DNA of 63,673 nt, filler included, from Octopus bimaculoides (taxonomy: Eukaryota): the NCBI RefSeq assembly GCF_001194135.2. It is 11 parts of 11 records of this genome, joined end to end, with 100 filler letters (N's around TTAATTAATTAA, not from the genome) between each part and the next. Parts side by side here need not be neighbours in the genome. Positions count along the whole stretch, not along the records: positions 21,382 to 25,915 come from NC_068987.1; positions 26,016 to 42,038 come from NC_068982.1; 9 more parts are not named here. One strand, given 5' to 3'. The notes under the pieces were generated by a model. That model did no database searches. It saw nothing but the letters and a program-made list of their open reading frames with translations, and was not told the origin of the DNA. Shown here one piece after another: positions 23,047 to 36,033 of this stretch (positions are counted from its first letter, which is position 1; each line of letters opens with the position of its first letter). The translations under genes were made by a program, and so were the position numbers.

Positions 23047-23283
23047 TGGAGGCGCGTAGCTTAGTGGTTAGAGTGTGAGCATCATGATCGTAAGGTTGTG
23101 GTTTCGATTCCTGGACAGGACGACGCGTTGTGTTCTTGAGCAAAACACTTCATTTCACGTTGCTCCAGTCCACTCAGCTGGCAAACATGTGTAAAGCTGC
23201 GATGGACTGGGGAACACATACGCCATTGAAACCGGGAAACCGGGCCCATGAGCCTGGCTAGGATTTAAAAGGGCCCAAAGAAG
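23047..23283 (+). mobile_element. SINE family C copy
   Basis: GGAGGCGCGTAGCTTAGTGGTTAG (A box), GGTTTCGATTCC (B box), core GTGTTCTTGAGCAAAACACTTCATTTCACGTTGCTCCAGTCCACTCAGCTGG. Confidence 0.75.
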
Positions 23284-23473
23284 AATAAAATATGTGTGTG
23301 TGTGTGAGAGAGTGAGTGTGTGTATGGGTGTGCGTTCACGTATATACATATCTTTACCTATGTATTTATGTATGTATGTATGTATGTATTTATGTATGTA
23401 TTTATGCATGTATTTATGTATGTATATATATGTATGTATGCGTACATATATGTGTGTATATGTATATATATGT

Positions 23474-23546
<73 letters not shown>

Positions 23547-24364
23547 AATATTTATATGTATATGTATGTACGTAGGCGTGCATGACTGGAGGGAAGGCGG
23601 TCGGGATCATTGCTTTTATGTACGTATTTGAAAACCCAACCCCATGTCTACTTTAATTTTCGAAACCTCTACCTCTTTCACTCTAAGCCTACCTATGCAT
23701 CACTCTGTCAACCTTTGATAACCATGCCAACATACGAGCCATCGCCCCAGCTAGTTCTTTCATTATGTGCCTCTACAGATGTGTTTACATATGCATTATG
23801 GTAATCCATCAATTGTGTATCACCCCAACTTCATTCATTTCACACATGCTACTCATATTGTTATCTGATATCACCCTCCCAATAACTATAATATACTTAT
23901 TCCAACAAGGGCTACGTTTTAGTATCCACTTTCTCATTTATCATTCGTCTAGAATTAATTATTATTGGTATGTCAATAATATTACTGGCAGACTGATGCT
24001 GTGTCTGTTTGTTGTCATGTTATGTCTCCTAATCGTGCGTCCCCTTATCTTCAATTGTACTGTAAGAATTTTGAATTCATATTGTAAAGTCATATATGAT
24101 ATCGTATATAGTTACGCTTTCTATTTCTCCTAAATAATTATGCCTGTTGCATGAATTTCTTATATACATAATATATATATACTTATATACATAATATACT
24201 TATATACATAATATATACATAGATGCACAATCGTACACACACACGCACGCACACACACACACACACACACACATATACATACACACACACTCACACACAA
24301 ACACACAATAATAATTAAGAGCTCAGTTTTTGCTATGAGTTACAATTAAAAACATAATTAAATG

Positions 24365-24560
24365 TTATTGTTTCAAAGGTTCACAACTGTTCAACATTCT
24401 GCCAAAAGGCCTCAGAGATTTATGATGTGTAGACGTAGTAGTCATCAAAGAGCCTCCGGTCAAACTTTTATCTGAGATACCAGACAAGGCCACATCGCGA
24501 CAGGAGGCACAAAGAAGCGCACACTCCGTCCAGCTCGCTACTTCACTCAAAAGCAGTATA
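24365..24560 (+). mobile_element. CR1/L2-group LINE extreme 3' fragment
   Basis: FKGSQLFNILPKGLRDL...LSEIPDK; overlaps the C-terminal motif of 12745-13335. Confidence 0.55.
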
Positions 24561-25377
24561 GAAAAGAAACCCAAACACTGATAGGTGGTGCTCCATCATG
24601 GCCTCAGCCTCTGGCTCAAACCAGTAGATAATAACTGGTAAAAGATAAAAGGTTATACATTTCTACAATTGGGATCGAAATACGAAATATGAACTGAGTG
24701 GCTGGAGTTAACTCCCCTTAATATCTTGTTTATGAAATAAGCTACGAAACATTAGTATGACTGTATTATTTATTTCTTTTCAAATTCTGTACAAATATAT
24801 GTGCATGCATGAGTACCTCTGTGTGCGTGCTGTTGTATGTGTGTGTGTCTTTAATGGAAACTGCAACTGAATGTTTGTATCTCGTAATTTGAGTCTCATG
24901 CTGCTGCGTGCTTCAGGCGAGTCGTCTCCCATGAAGATTCCAGTGGTGTGTGAAACTTGATTCATGAGAAACAAAATGTAGGGAAAAACTATATCCTTTA
25001 CTACATGTGCTGAACACTTCTCAGTTGTCTGATATAAATCAACGTACCTATATACATATATATATATATATAAATGTTTGTGCGTGTGTCCGCATATCTG
25101 TACATATCTTGACCCTCCGCAAGATCGCAAATTTTATTTAATTTGCTTTGCGGGAGCAAGTGCTTCATCGAAGGCGTATTTTGTGAATTGCTCGAAATAC
25201 GAATTAGAAAAACAGCCGACAACTGATGAAGAGTCGTTCCTTGTGTTGCTTGTCTTGTTTTCTATTTGTTTGCTTCGTTGCTTGCCAAAAAAAGCCCTTA
25301 TTCCATGTCCTCGTAGTCCAAAGAAGGGAAGACGGAGAAAGAAAATTGCCAACGATACGCACGCGGTCACACACACT

Positions 25378-25417
<40 letters not shown>

Positions 25418-26058
25418 TATATGCGTGGTTGTGTGTGTGGGGGGGGGGGAATGCGTGCGTTTTAGATTCATTGGTCCTAGGGTGCTTCAGCCCGACGAGA
25501 CACAATTATGTCGAAACACTGGATGTAACACAATCCCTTGCACGAATAAAGTGATTGTGTTTTCAGTACATATTCGTCGTGAAGGAAAAGCTATTTACCT
25601 TCCTTTGACGGAACACAGCAGCGATTAGCATATTCACGTTCGAATCTGCCGGAACGTATAAAGTATAAATATGCAAGTCATCGTTTCTTCTTCTTCTTCT
25701 TCTTCTTGCAGCTGTAGTTGTTATGCATGATGACATTTCCCAACATTTACATTTATATAATCGTATCTGTACACACCCACGCAGCTTACAAACCTTGTAA
25801 CACGTCGTGTACGTTTGAATAGATGTAGCATCAACTAAAGGAAACATTATCATTATCATCATCATCGTCATTATCATCATCATCATCATCATTATTATTA
25901 TTATTATTATTATTANNNNNNNNNNNNNNNNNNNNNNNNNNNNNNNNNNNNNNNNNNNNTTAATTAATTAANNNNNNNNNNNNNNNNNNNNNNNNNNNNN
26001 NNNNNNNNNNNNNNNAAGAAAAGCTCTACAGTTGTATTTGTCCCCTCTGTGTGCAGCC

Positions 26059-26097
<39 letters not shown>

Positions 26098-27004
26098 CAT
26101 ATCTCTCTATCTATCTGTCTCTGTCAGTCTATCCGTCTGTCTGTCCGTCTGTCTGTCCGTCTGTCTCTCTGTCCGTCTGTCTGTCTGTCCGTCCGCCTGT
26201 CTGTCTGTCTGTCTGACTGTCTATCTATCTATCTATCTAGCTACCTATCTATCTTTTTGCCACTACCGATCCCTTTTGATCGGATTTTTTTAAAATGTTT
26301 TAATTATTTTTTTAAGAAAAGCTCTACAGTTGTATTTGTTCCCTCTGTGTGCAGCCCTGTGTGGCTAACAAAAGAAAGTTATCTATGTAATTATCTATCT
26401 ATTTACGTTGATGTCTGTGTATATATAAATGTATATATGTATATGTACGCACATATACCCTCTAACTAAAAACTCTTACTAATTCATGAATGATTTCACA
26501 TTACAGAGTCACTCATAAGCTGGCTTACTCACATATATCATTGGTATATATTGCGCTACATATTGCGGATATTTTGTCAGGTGAATAGCGGGTGTGAAAC
26601 TGCATAAAATATTTGTGCTCGTGTGTTCGGTATAGCAGGACTGTATTCTTGCAAATGGTAAGCTAAGAACAAGATGCAGCATTAGGTGAAACAGAAAACT
26701 GCATTGCAGAAAAATCTATAAATAGATTGTGTCACTCTGGAAACATACAAACCTACTACGATATATACGTAGCTACCTATATACCTATATAAATACTAAA
26801 ATACTGATAGTATATATATACCTATATGGGTGAAAAGATCCGCACCACATAGACACACGCGCCTCCCTCTTACACCTATATAAATATGTTTATTTGGTTC
26901 TTCAGAATAATACACACAAACACATGCATACCCACATTCAGACACACACACACATATACATGCATATATGTATATATGTGTGTATACACGCATATATATT
27001 ATGC

Positions 27005-27035
<31 letters not shown>

Positions 27036-27058
27036 ACATATTCACATACCTCTTTCTG

Positions 27059-27092
<34 letters not shown>

Positions 27093-28321
27093 NNNNNNNN
27101 NNNNNNNNNNNNATATATATAGATACATACATACATACATACATACATACAAGCATACTTATATAATAATGATGTGTATATTAGGTATGTATATAGTATC
27201 TGGGTGTGAATGTGTGTGTATTAGTGTCTGAAAATAAACGCGAATAAAAAATATAGAGTAAAATCTCGTAAAAATGCAATAGATATATTCATTAAAAATA
27301 TAAGCGCATATGTACGTACGTTAGTAGGTGTGTTTGTATATGTGACGTATATATGTAATTCACACATGCACCCACACATTCGCACATACTCCATACATAC
27401 ATGGATGAGTATATATATGTATACGTGTATGCGTGTGTGTGCGCGCGCATTTATAATACATAGACATACACATATTCAAGCACCTATTTAGAGAGATAGA
27501 GATAGAGACATAGATAAATAGATAGAGGGATATATATATATATATATATAAATATAGAGACAGGTAGGTAAATAGAGAGAGAGAGAAGGAAAGAGGAATA
27601 AAGAAATATCGATATGGCTTCTAGTGTGATCTATATACCCACACATTGAAAGAATTATTACGTTTTAAATTTTTCTCAATACATATTTCGACTTAAATAC
27701 ATATGTATTAATGCTTGATTTCAATTTCTCACTTCACTACAAAAGCACAAGTTTGTTGGGTGCGTAAACCCGCGAATATTGTTTCCACTAATTCATGAGT
27801 ACTCATCGTTGTATCGATTTCAGAAAGATTAAAGTCAAATTGATTTAAAAATCGAACATATACGTAAATTAATAAGTCAAACTATCACATCTGTAGCTCT
27901 ACACTTTTATTCACCCAAACGGCTCTAATTACTAGGATAGGTACCATTTTCCGAATTCAATAGAAAGCCACCCGGGAGGTATGATAGATAAAGTCCATAT
28001 CGCTGGGAATAAACATACCGGGTATTTAAGTAGGCGATCACTATTGTTATTAGTGCTTATATTAGGGTGCTCCATTTGCATTATTCCTGCCGTAGAATTC
28101 TTACAGAATTTTGCTTTAAGAATTCTTACATTTTCTACGGTATTTCGTTACAGGCATTCTGAATTAAAATCTCCTTAAGGTTGGTGCCAACTTTTATCGT
28201 TTTGGGGTCGAGGATATGTAGTAATAACCATCAACGAAGGTTGAGATATTCGACTAATCCAAAAGTACTAACAGCTGATGGAGTTGTAATAATCCTTCCA
28301 ACTAAAGGTACAAGGCCTGAC

Positions 28322-28505
28322 ATTTTTGGGGAGGGTAAGTCGATTACATCGACTCCAGTGTTTCACTGGTATTTAATTTATCGACTCCGAAAGGATGAAA
28401 GGCAAAGTCGACCTCGATGGAATTTGAACTGAGAACATAGCGACGGCCGAAATACCACTAAGCATTTCATGCTGCATGCTAGCGATCCTGCCAGCTCACT
28501 GCCTT
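28322..28505 (-). mobile_element. SINE family B copy
   Basis: GTCGATTACATCGACTCCAGTG...CCGAAAGGATGAAAGGCAAAGTCGACCTCG...GCTAGCGATCCTGCCAGCTC. Confidence 0.75.
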
Positions 28506-29744
28506 CGATGGAGTTGTAATAATGAAATCAAAACCAACGAATGATATTGTGAAAGCATTTATTACGTGCGTTTCAGATATAAATAAAATCTGATAAAAAC
28601 TACATCCCGACCACAAGATCTTCCTGAGTTGATAGATTTCAAAATATAACCAACTGATGGAATTTGTTTCTTCTTCTTCTTCTTCTTCTTCTTNNNNNNN
28701 NNNNNNNNNNNNNNNNNNNNNNNNNNNNNNNNNNNNNNNNNNNNNNNNNNNNNNNNNNNNNNNNNNNNNNNNNNNNNNNNNNNNNNNNNNNNNNNNNNNN
28801 NNNNNNNNNNNNNNNNNNNNNNNNNNNNNNNNNNNNNNNNNNNNNNNNNNNNNNNNNNNNNNNNNNNNNNNNNNNNNNNNNNNNNNNNNNNNNNNNNNNN
28901 NNNNNNNNNNNNNNNNNNNNNNNNNNNNNNNNNNNNNNNNNNNNNNNNNNNNNNNNNNNNNNNNNNNNNNNNNNNNNNNNNNNNNNNNNNNNNNNNNNNN
29001 NNNNNNNNNNNNNNNNNNNNNNNNNNNNNNNNNNNNNNNNNNNNNNNNNNNNNNNNNNNNNNNNNNNNNNNNNNNNNNNNNNNNNNNNNNNNNNNNNNNN
29101 NNNNNNNNNNNNNNNNNNNNNNNNNNNNNNNNNNNNNNNNNNNNNNNNNNNNNNNNNNNNNNNNNNNNNNNNNNNNNNNNNNNNNNNNNNNNNNNNNNNN
29201 NNNNNNNNNNNNNNNNNNNNNNNNNNNNNNNNNNNNNNNNNNNNNNNNNNNNNNNNNNNNNNNNNNNNNNNNNNNNNNNNNNNNNNNNNNNNNNNNNNNN
29301 NNNNNNNNNNNNNNNNNNNNNNNNNNNNNNNNNNNNNNNNNNNNNNNNNNNNNNNNNNNNNNNNNNNNNNNNNNNNNNNNNNNNNNNNNNNNNNNNNNNN
29401 NNNNNNNNNNNNNNNNNNNNNNNNNNNNNNNNNNNNNNNNNNNNNNNNNNNNNNNNNNNNNNNNNNNNNNNNNNNNNNNNNNNNNNNNNNNNNNNNNNNN
29501 NNNNNNNNNNNNNNNNNNNNNNNNNNNNNNNNNNNNNNNNNNNNNNNNNNNNNNNNNNNNNNNNNNNNNNNNNNNNNNNNNNNNNNNNNNNNNNNNNNNN
29601 NNNNNNNNNNNNNNNNNNNNNNNNNNNNNNNNNNACACACACACACACATGTATATAGTGTTATGCTAAGAAGCGATATGTATGTGTATGAAAGAGAGTG
29701 AGAGAGAGGGAAAGAGAGAAGATATGTGTTGTGAGTGGTGAAGG

Positions 29745-29895
29745 ATGTGTACCGGCATTAGACTGGTACATATTACCAATCGAGTAATGTGTAGCAACAT
29801 GAAATGAAGCCGCTTGCTCAGGAACGTAACGAACCACACGCGCTAGGAATCGAAACCCGGTCTTATGAATCTGCGCATAGTACCGTAACACATCA
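29745..29895 (-). mobile_element. SINE family C partial copy
   Basis: AAATGAAGCCGCTTGCTCAGGAAC...GGAATCGAAACC is the reverse of the family C core and B box. Confidence 0.5.
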
Positions 29896-29913
29896 CAATG
29901 GTATGTGTGTGTT

Positions 29914-29987
<74 letters not shown>

Positions 29988-31152
29988 TGTGTGTGCATAT
30001 ATGTAGATAGATAGATAGATAGATGTATTTATGTGTGCGTCTGCGTGAAGTGAATACATGTATTTAGTCATATAGGCATTCTTGTAGTTGCATTCACGTT
30101 AACACACACACATGCCGATTTAATCCTTCCACAATTATTACATATTCATTTAAACACAACAATGTATAAATGTGAATTATGATTAGAAATAGGCGTTCCT
30201 TAAATGTCCTGCCCATTATATATACACATTAATTTATTTATCTGACGATATCGCAGTGTTTCTCTTTCTCAGTGAGTGTTTAAGAATACGTATTGTAAAA
30301 TATAACGTAATATGTGTGTTTGTACGCGTATATATGTGTGCGTGTGTGTATCGCGCGTGTGTACTTTCGTATGAGTGCGTTCATATGTGCGTCTAGTCAA
30401 AGAAACTAAATGTGAAAATGAAGCAATCGAAAGAACGAGAGGGTAAACGAAGGAGGCTTCAATATTTGTAGCTCGGACGCTAACATAACGCATATATTAA
30501 ATCAATTTATTTTTTGAAGTTATAATTACACACTTAGTAATGTGTACAGTCTTTTCTTATGATATCCGAGATGCAGAGACGAAGCTGGTTTTCTATTTAT
30601 TTAATGAAATTAAATATGTAATGCAGTATTGAATTTACTTATCTCAACTCTATAGGAGGAACTCAGGTTTTGTTTCAATGTTATTAGACCTTTGACACGA
30701 AAACTATGTCTAAAACTTAAAGCAAATCATAGTAGTTCTGTGAATAGTGTGTAGGGTAGTAATAATTGTTTCTAGTTTGTGCACAATGCCAAGAATTTTG
30801 TAGGTAAAGGCTTAGTCTAATTTTATACTTCTGTTATTGACTACTGATTATTATATCGAATCCGAAGGAATGAAAGATTAAGTTCACTTCGGGGAGATCT
30901 AAAATTCAGATAATAGCGAAAAAAAATCTTTACAAGGCATTTCATTCGATACTTTAAACATTTTTCCAATCCAACGTTCATTAATATTGCTTCCAATTTA
31001 GGCAAAATGCTTTATATGGAAGGGGCAGGAGTTAGTCGTGTGAATCAGCTCCAGTATTTGGATGTTACTTTATTTTATCCACCCCAAAGAGATGAAAGGC
31101 AGAGATATGAACTATCAGAATCGGAGGAAATAAAGCAATGCATTTTATCCGA

Positions 31153-31205
31153 TGCTAATAATAATAATGATGATGATGATGATGATGATCATCATCATCA
31201 TCCTC

Positions 31206-31269
<64 letters not shown>

Positions 31270-31295
31270 TAATAATAATAATTATTATTATTATG
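31153..31295. repeat. (AAT)n/(GAT)n/(CAT)n array
   Basis: Direct reading. Confidence 0.9.
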
Positions 31296-31652
31296 CATGA
31301 CAATCGACATAACATGTCCCGGTGACAACAGGATCAAAGACAAAGAAGTAGAAAAATTGAAAAACTACGATAATTTGCAGTGGGAAATACGATGGTTGTG
31401 GTCAATGAGGACAGTAGACGTGGTACCAATAGTAATTGGTACACTTGGAAGTATCAGCACTCAACTACCAGCATAGCTCAAAAAGGTTGGTACAAACGTA
31501 AAGGTAGAACACCTACAAAAATCACCATTGATTGGAACAGCAAGAATTCTTCGCAGGTTTCTTGAAACATGACCAGTAAACAAGTTTCACTTTAGTCTGC
31601 AGGCTGTGGACAGCTGACAGTTTCCATCATACCCATCAAAATAAGCTAAGAG
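31296..31652 (+). mobile_element. R4/Dong-clade LINE 3' fragment (RLE domain)
   Basis: IDITCPGDNRIKDKEVEKI-NYDNLQWEIRWLW...VVPIVIGTLG...LQKSPLIGTARILRRFLET* (stop at 31570-31572). Confidence 0.8.
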
Positions 31653-32201
31653 NNNNNNNNNNNNNNNNNNNNNNNNNNNNNNNNNNNNNNNNNNNNNNNN
31701 NNNNNNNNNNNNNNNNNNNNNNNNNNNNNNNNNNNNNNNNNNNNNNNNNNNNNNNNNNNNNNNNNNNNNNNNNNNNNNNNNNNNNNNNNNNNNNNNNNNN
31801 NNNNNNNNNNNNNNNNNNNNNNNNNNNNNNNNNNNNNNNNNNNNNNNNNNNNNNNNNNNNNNNNNNNNNNNNNNNNNNNNNNNNNNNNNNNNNNNNNNNN
31901 NNNNNNNNNNNNNNNNNNNNNNNNNNNNNNNNNNNNNNNNNNNNNNNNNNNNNNNNNNNNNNNNNNNNNNNNNNNNNNNNNNNNNNNNNNNNNNNNNNNN
32001 NNNNNNNNNNNNNNNNNNNNNNNNNNNNNNNNNNNNNNNNNNNNNNNNNNNNNNNNNNNNNNNNNNNNNNNNNNNNNNNNNNNNNNNNNNNNNNNNNNNN
32101 NNNNNNNNNNNNNNNNNNNNNNNNNNNNNNNNNNNNNNNNNNNNNNNNNNNNNNNNNNNNNNNNNNNNNNNNNNNNNNNNNNNNNNNNNNNNNNNNNNNN
32201 N

Positions 32202-32389
32202 AAAAATAGCAGGACTTACAAATATATATAACATACAGAAAATTGCACTACTGGGTACTGCACACATTCTACGCAAAACACTTTCAATACAGTAAACATA
32301 AGAGCACCACAGCAAACCACAGCACATACCCAAGGCGCACAGAGCTGCGCTCGGTAGTGAAGTGAAAGCACGTTATAAAAATAAAACTA

Positions 32390-32456
<67 letters not shown>
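32202..32456 (+). mobile_element. R4/Dong-clade LINE 3' end with (TAA)n tail
   Basis: IYNIQKIALLGTAHILRKTLSIQ*, a 3' UTR, then a long (TAA)n. Confidence 0.85.
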
Positions 32457-32457
<1 letters not shown>

Positions 32458-32469
32458 TTAATGATACAT

Positions 32470-33468
32470 CTAGTGATGGTGTCACAATAAAAACACTGGT
32501 AATTGTTCGACCTGATAATCGCTACCTCATATGAGTGACAATGAATAAACGAAATATTGTGAATAACGGTGGTAATGAAATTGAAGCCATTAATAGTGAC
32601 AGAGTTAAAACCGGCGGGCTCAGAGATTCTGACCCGGCTCCAGCCTGTCGATATCCAGAAAGGGACCACCTCACACGGCGTAGATGGAGCAAACAAATTA
32701 ATGCTGTGGTCATAAAATGTTACTACCTGAGCAACCCGGTAGATGAAAATGGTACTCAAATTAGGACTTACCGACAACATATGTATGATCATTGGAGGGA
32801 AAAGGGATTGCTTCAACTCATGGAACAGAGACTATGTGATGAAGCTAGAGCAATAACAAAAAAATCGTTAGTTCACAGAAATAGAGCCCGAAGCAATCAA
32901 AAGACGGGTGTTGGAAAACTGTTAATCTTGAAGAGAGGCAAAATCAAATGTATGGACGGGATATCAATACCATAGGGGCAGGTTATGAAGTAGATAGAAG
33001 AGACGGGCTATAATTACTTGGGGATTTGTAGAAAGGGAGGCCTTAATCTGTGCTGCCTAAGAGCAAGCACTAAGAACAAACCACATAAAATACAGAGTAG
33101 ACAACACATCAGAAAGTGATTAGAGCCGAATCTGTGGACAAAATGGTGAAACCGTATGGCATATTACCAGCCAATCTACCCCACTAGCCCAGAAGGAATA
33201 TAAGAGACGCCACGACAATATAGCAAGATACTCTGCAACAAGTATGTTTTGGATAGAGAAGAAAATTGGTACGACAACAAACCTAAAAGCATCATCGAAA
33301 ATGATAATGCAAAGATCCTGTAGGATTTTATGATTCAGAGAAGATTGAGAATAGGAAGTTAGACAGTCTTAATTGACAAAGAAAGCAAACTATGCTGGAT
33401 CATATATATAGCATGCCCAGCTGACAACAATATATGCGATAAGGAAGAAAGAAAAGTCGATCCGTAAT
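32470..33468 (+). mobile_element. Internally deleted R4/Dong-clade LINE
   Basis: N-terminal RRRWSKQINAVVIKCYYLSNP...YRQHMYDHW; RT mostly missing; then EQALRTNHIK...RICGQNGETVWHITS...EYKRRHDNIAR (degenerate CCHC) and WYDNKPKSIIENDNAKIL*DF...IACPAD (RLE). Confidence 0.8.
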
Positions 33469-33479
33469 AGGCAAAACTA

Positions 33480-33625
33480 TTCAATAAGCATTTTCATGAT
33501 AGAATGAAGGTGTATGTCAGCATGGATGGTAAGCTATTTGAACACATGCAGCAACGAACAGTTGCCACATCTGTGCAACTAGGTGGCGTCATTGCTCGGA
33601 ATAGGGTTGCAGCTATCTTGTATGT
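33480..33625 (+). mobile_element. Possible Tc1/mariner-superfamily 3' end
   Basis: FHDRMKVYVSMDGKLFEHM resembles the F..R.......G..FE transposase C-terminus. Confidence 0.3.
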
Positions 33626-34959
33626 ATGTATGTGAGTACGTACGTATGTATATCAGTATTCAGTTTTATTTCATGATTTCTTTCCAATAGATAAAGAGCC
33701 AGTTTCCAGTGAGGGACTGGATCTGTAGTCTTCGAATTAGCTCTCTCCTTTCTGGTTTTGAGAAGCTTAATTTTTCAAGATTGGTATTTAGGCAGTGTGT
33801 TACATATCGTAGGGTCCCAGTAATTACAGGTATAAACCTGAAGTATATATATATATTTGTATGTGGTTGTGATGTATGCATGTTTCTTTATATGTATCTA
33901 TGTGTATGTATGTTTATAAATACATGAATACGTATCTGTTTTCTTGATAGAGATACTGGGATGGTTTTGCCCTGCCTTTCTCAATTGAATGGCAGTTCAC
34001 CCGCAAAGAGATCATCTGCCCTTCGACAGGTATTCTTTTTAGTACTGCTGGGTGTCCAGACGCCCTCCTCACAAGATTAATTTTTACTCTCGTGAGGGAG
34101 CCAATTTAGTCGTCGACTGCTCAACCATGGCAGAAGAGTGGAGGGTAGTAGTTCAAGAGGCAGGAAAATAACGCCAAAGATGGAGAGTATCACAAGCTAA
34201 CTTGGCAGAAGTGGAAAACCAGCTGCAGAACTCAAGCTTAATAATGGTTTCAAATTTTGGCCAGCAATTTCGGAGGACCGGGTACCTCGACCCCAATTGG
34301 GGTCGATTACCATGATCCAAGTCTTCAACTGGTATCTACTTTATGATCCCGAAAAGAGGAATGAGAAAGTCACCTTACACGTACTGAATAATATACACAT
34401 ACATACATGCATGCATGCATGCATACATACATACACACATGCATGTATGCATGCATACATATATATATATATATATATATGTATGTAAATATATATNNNN
34501 NNNNNNNNNNNNNNNNNNNNNNNNNNNNNNNNNNNNNNNNNNNNNNNNNNNNNNNNNNNNNNNNNNNNNNNNNNNNNNNNNNNNNNNNNNNNNNNNNNNN
34601 NNNNNNNNNNNNNNNNNNNNNNNNNNNNNNNNNNNNNNNNNNNNNNNNNNNNNNNNNNNNNNNNNNNNNNNNNNNNNNNNNNNNNNNNNNNNNNNNNNNN
34701 NNNNNNNNNNNNNNNNNNNNNNNNNNNNNNNNNNNNNNNNNNNNNNNNNNNNNNNNNNNNNNNNNNNNNNNNNNNNNNNNNNNNNNNNNNNNNNNNNNNN
34801 NNNNNNNNNNNNNNNNNNNNNNNNNNNNNNNNNNNNNNNNNNNNNNNNNNNNNNNNNNNNNNNNNNNNNNNNNNNNNNNNNNNNNNNNNNNNNNNNNNNN
34901 NNNNNNNNNNNNNNNNNNNNNNNNNNNNNNNNNNNNNNNNNNNNNNNNNNNNNNNNNNN

Positions 34960-35006
<47 letters not shown>

Positions 35007-35559
35007 CTGTATGTGTACGTATATATGTGTATATACATATATTTTTGTGCGTGTGTATATATATAAATATATATATATATAAATCTGAAACAATTTAAAT
35101 AATTAAAAAATGTATACACACACAGAGACATACACACATATATTTATGTATATACATACATATGCAGACATATTCATGTTTATATATGAATCTATTACTT
35201 ATTCATCATTCGATTACACATAGCTTGCTTCTCTTTGATCCATATACATACGAATAGGACGATACAATTTGAACGACAAACATGTGAGCTGAAGACGGAT
35301 ATGGTGCGTAATTTGCTTTCTCACGGTGGTCTAAAGAAGGCGACTGAAGCACTGTTGGTATTAGCCTCAGCGCAAGCTGTGAATACTTAGTCACTAAAGC
35401 TACATATCAATTTGCTTAAATTGAAAATAGTCATCCTTATGGAATTGTTGAAGAAAGTGCCTATCAAATGGTGGGCGCGGGCAAAATGTTAGATCAAAAG
35501 GTTATACGAGAAAATATTTTTCCCTGTTGAATAAAAACTCTAATGATTCGTCATGCCAC

Positions 35560-35950
35560 AGATACATTATAAGTGAATGATATAAAAATATTTGCAAGGT
35601 TTAATAATTGCATAAAAAAAGAAGAAAATCGATTGAAAATTGCAAATAAATTCGGCCAGTGTAAGATTAAACAAATCTGCTAAATCTACGATATGAACAG
35701 GAAAAAATTGTCTGCAACTAAGAATATTAAATTAGATACAGACAACGAAATAAGAGAATTTGAAAGTCAGCGATCCAACAAACAGTAAGGAGACGGAATT
35801 GACAAAACACTGCATACAGAAATGCAGGACCAAATTGGAAAGAGTTCACAACATAAGAATCAGGCTAGTAGTATTCATTACTGACCTTAATTCTAGAAAC
35901 AAGATAGTATTTATAAAGAATATAGCCATACCAGTTATGCAAATACTACA
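35560..35950 (+). mobile_element. Ancient degenerate R4/Dong RT fragment
   Basis: ANKFGQCKIKQIC*IYDMNRKKLSATKNIKLDTDNEIREF resembles M.FG..KC......GKL....NI.LD....I.EL. Confidence 0.35.
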
Positions 35951-35995
35951 TAAAGGGAATTTAAATGCACTGCTTAGATGGAAAAATTAAGTAAC

Positions 35996-36033
<38 letters not shown>

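Noticed and set aside
23047-23120. tRNA-like sequences (also 17183, 44519, 52605, 10181)
   Set aside because: The cloverleaf is imperfect and each runs directly into repeat bodies; they are SINE or PLE heads, not tRNA genes.
26016-26358. 45-bp direct repeat (26016-26060 and 26314-26358)
   Set aside because: SINE-tail-like sequence at a contig edge beside a microsatellite; local duplication or assembly artefact.
15384-27231. Many CVCV-, YIYI-, HTHT- and LSLS-type ORFs
   Set aside because: These are translations of di- and tetranucleotide microsatellites, which lack stop codons in several frames.
28479-29701. Longest ORFs in the track (333-389 aa); also 31587-32333, 34341-35137, 36797-37400 and 44863-45310
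   Set aside because: Almost entirely X translated from N gaps.
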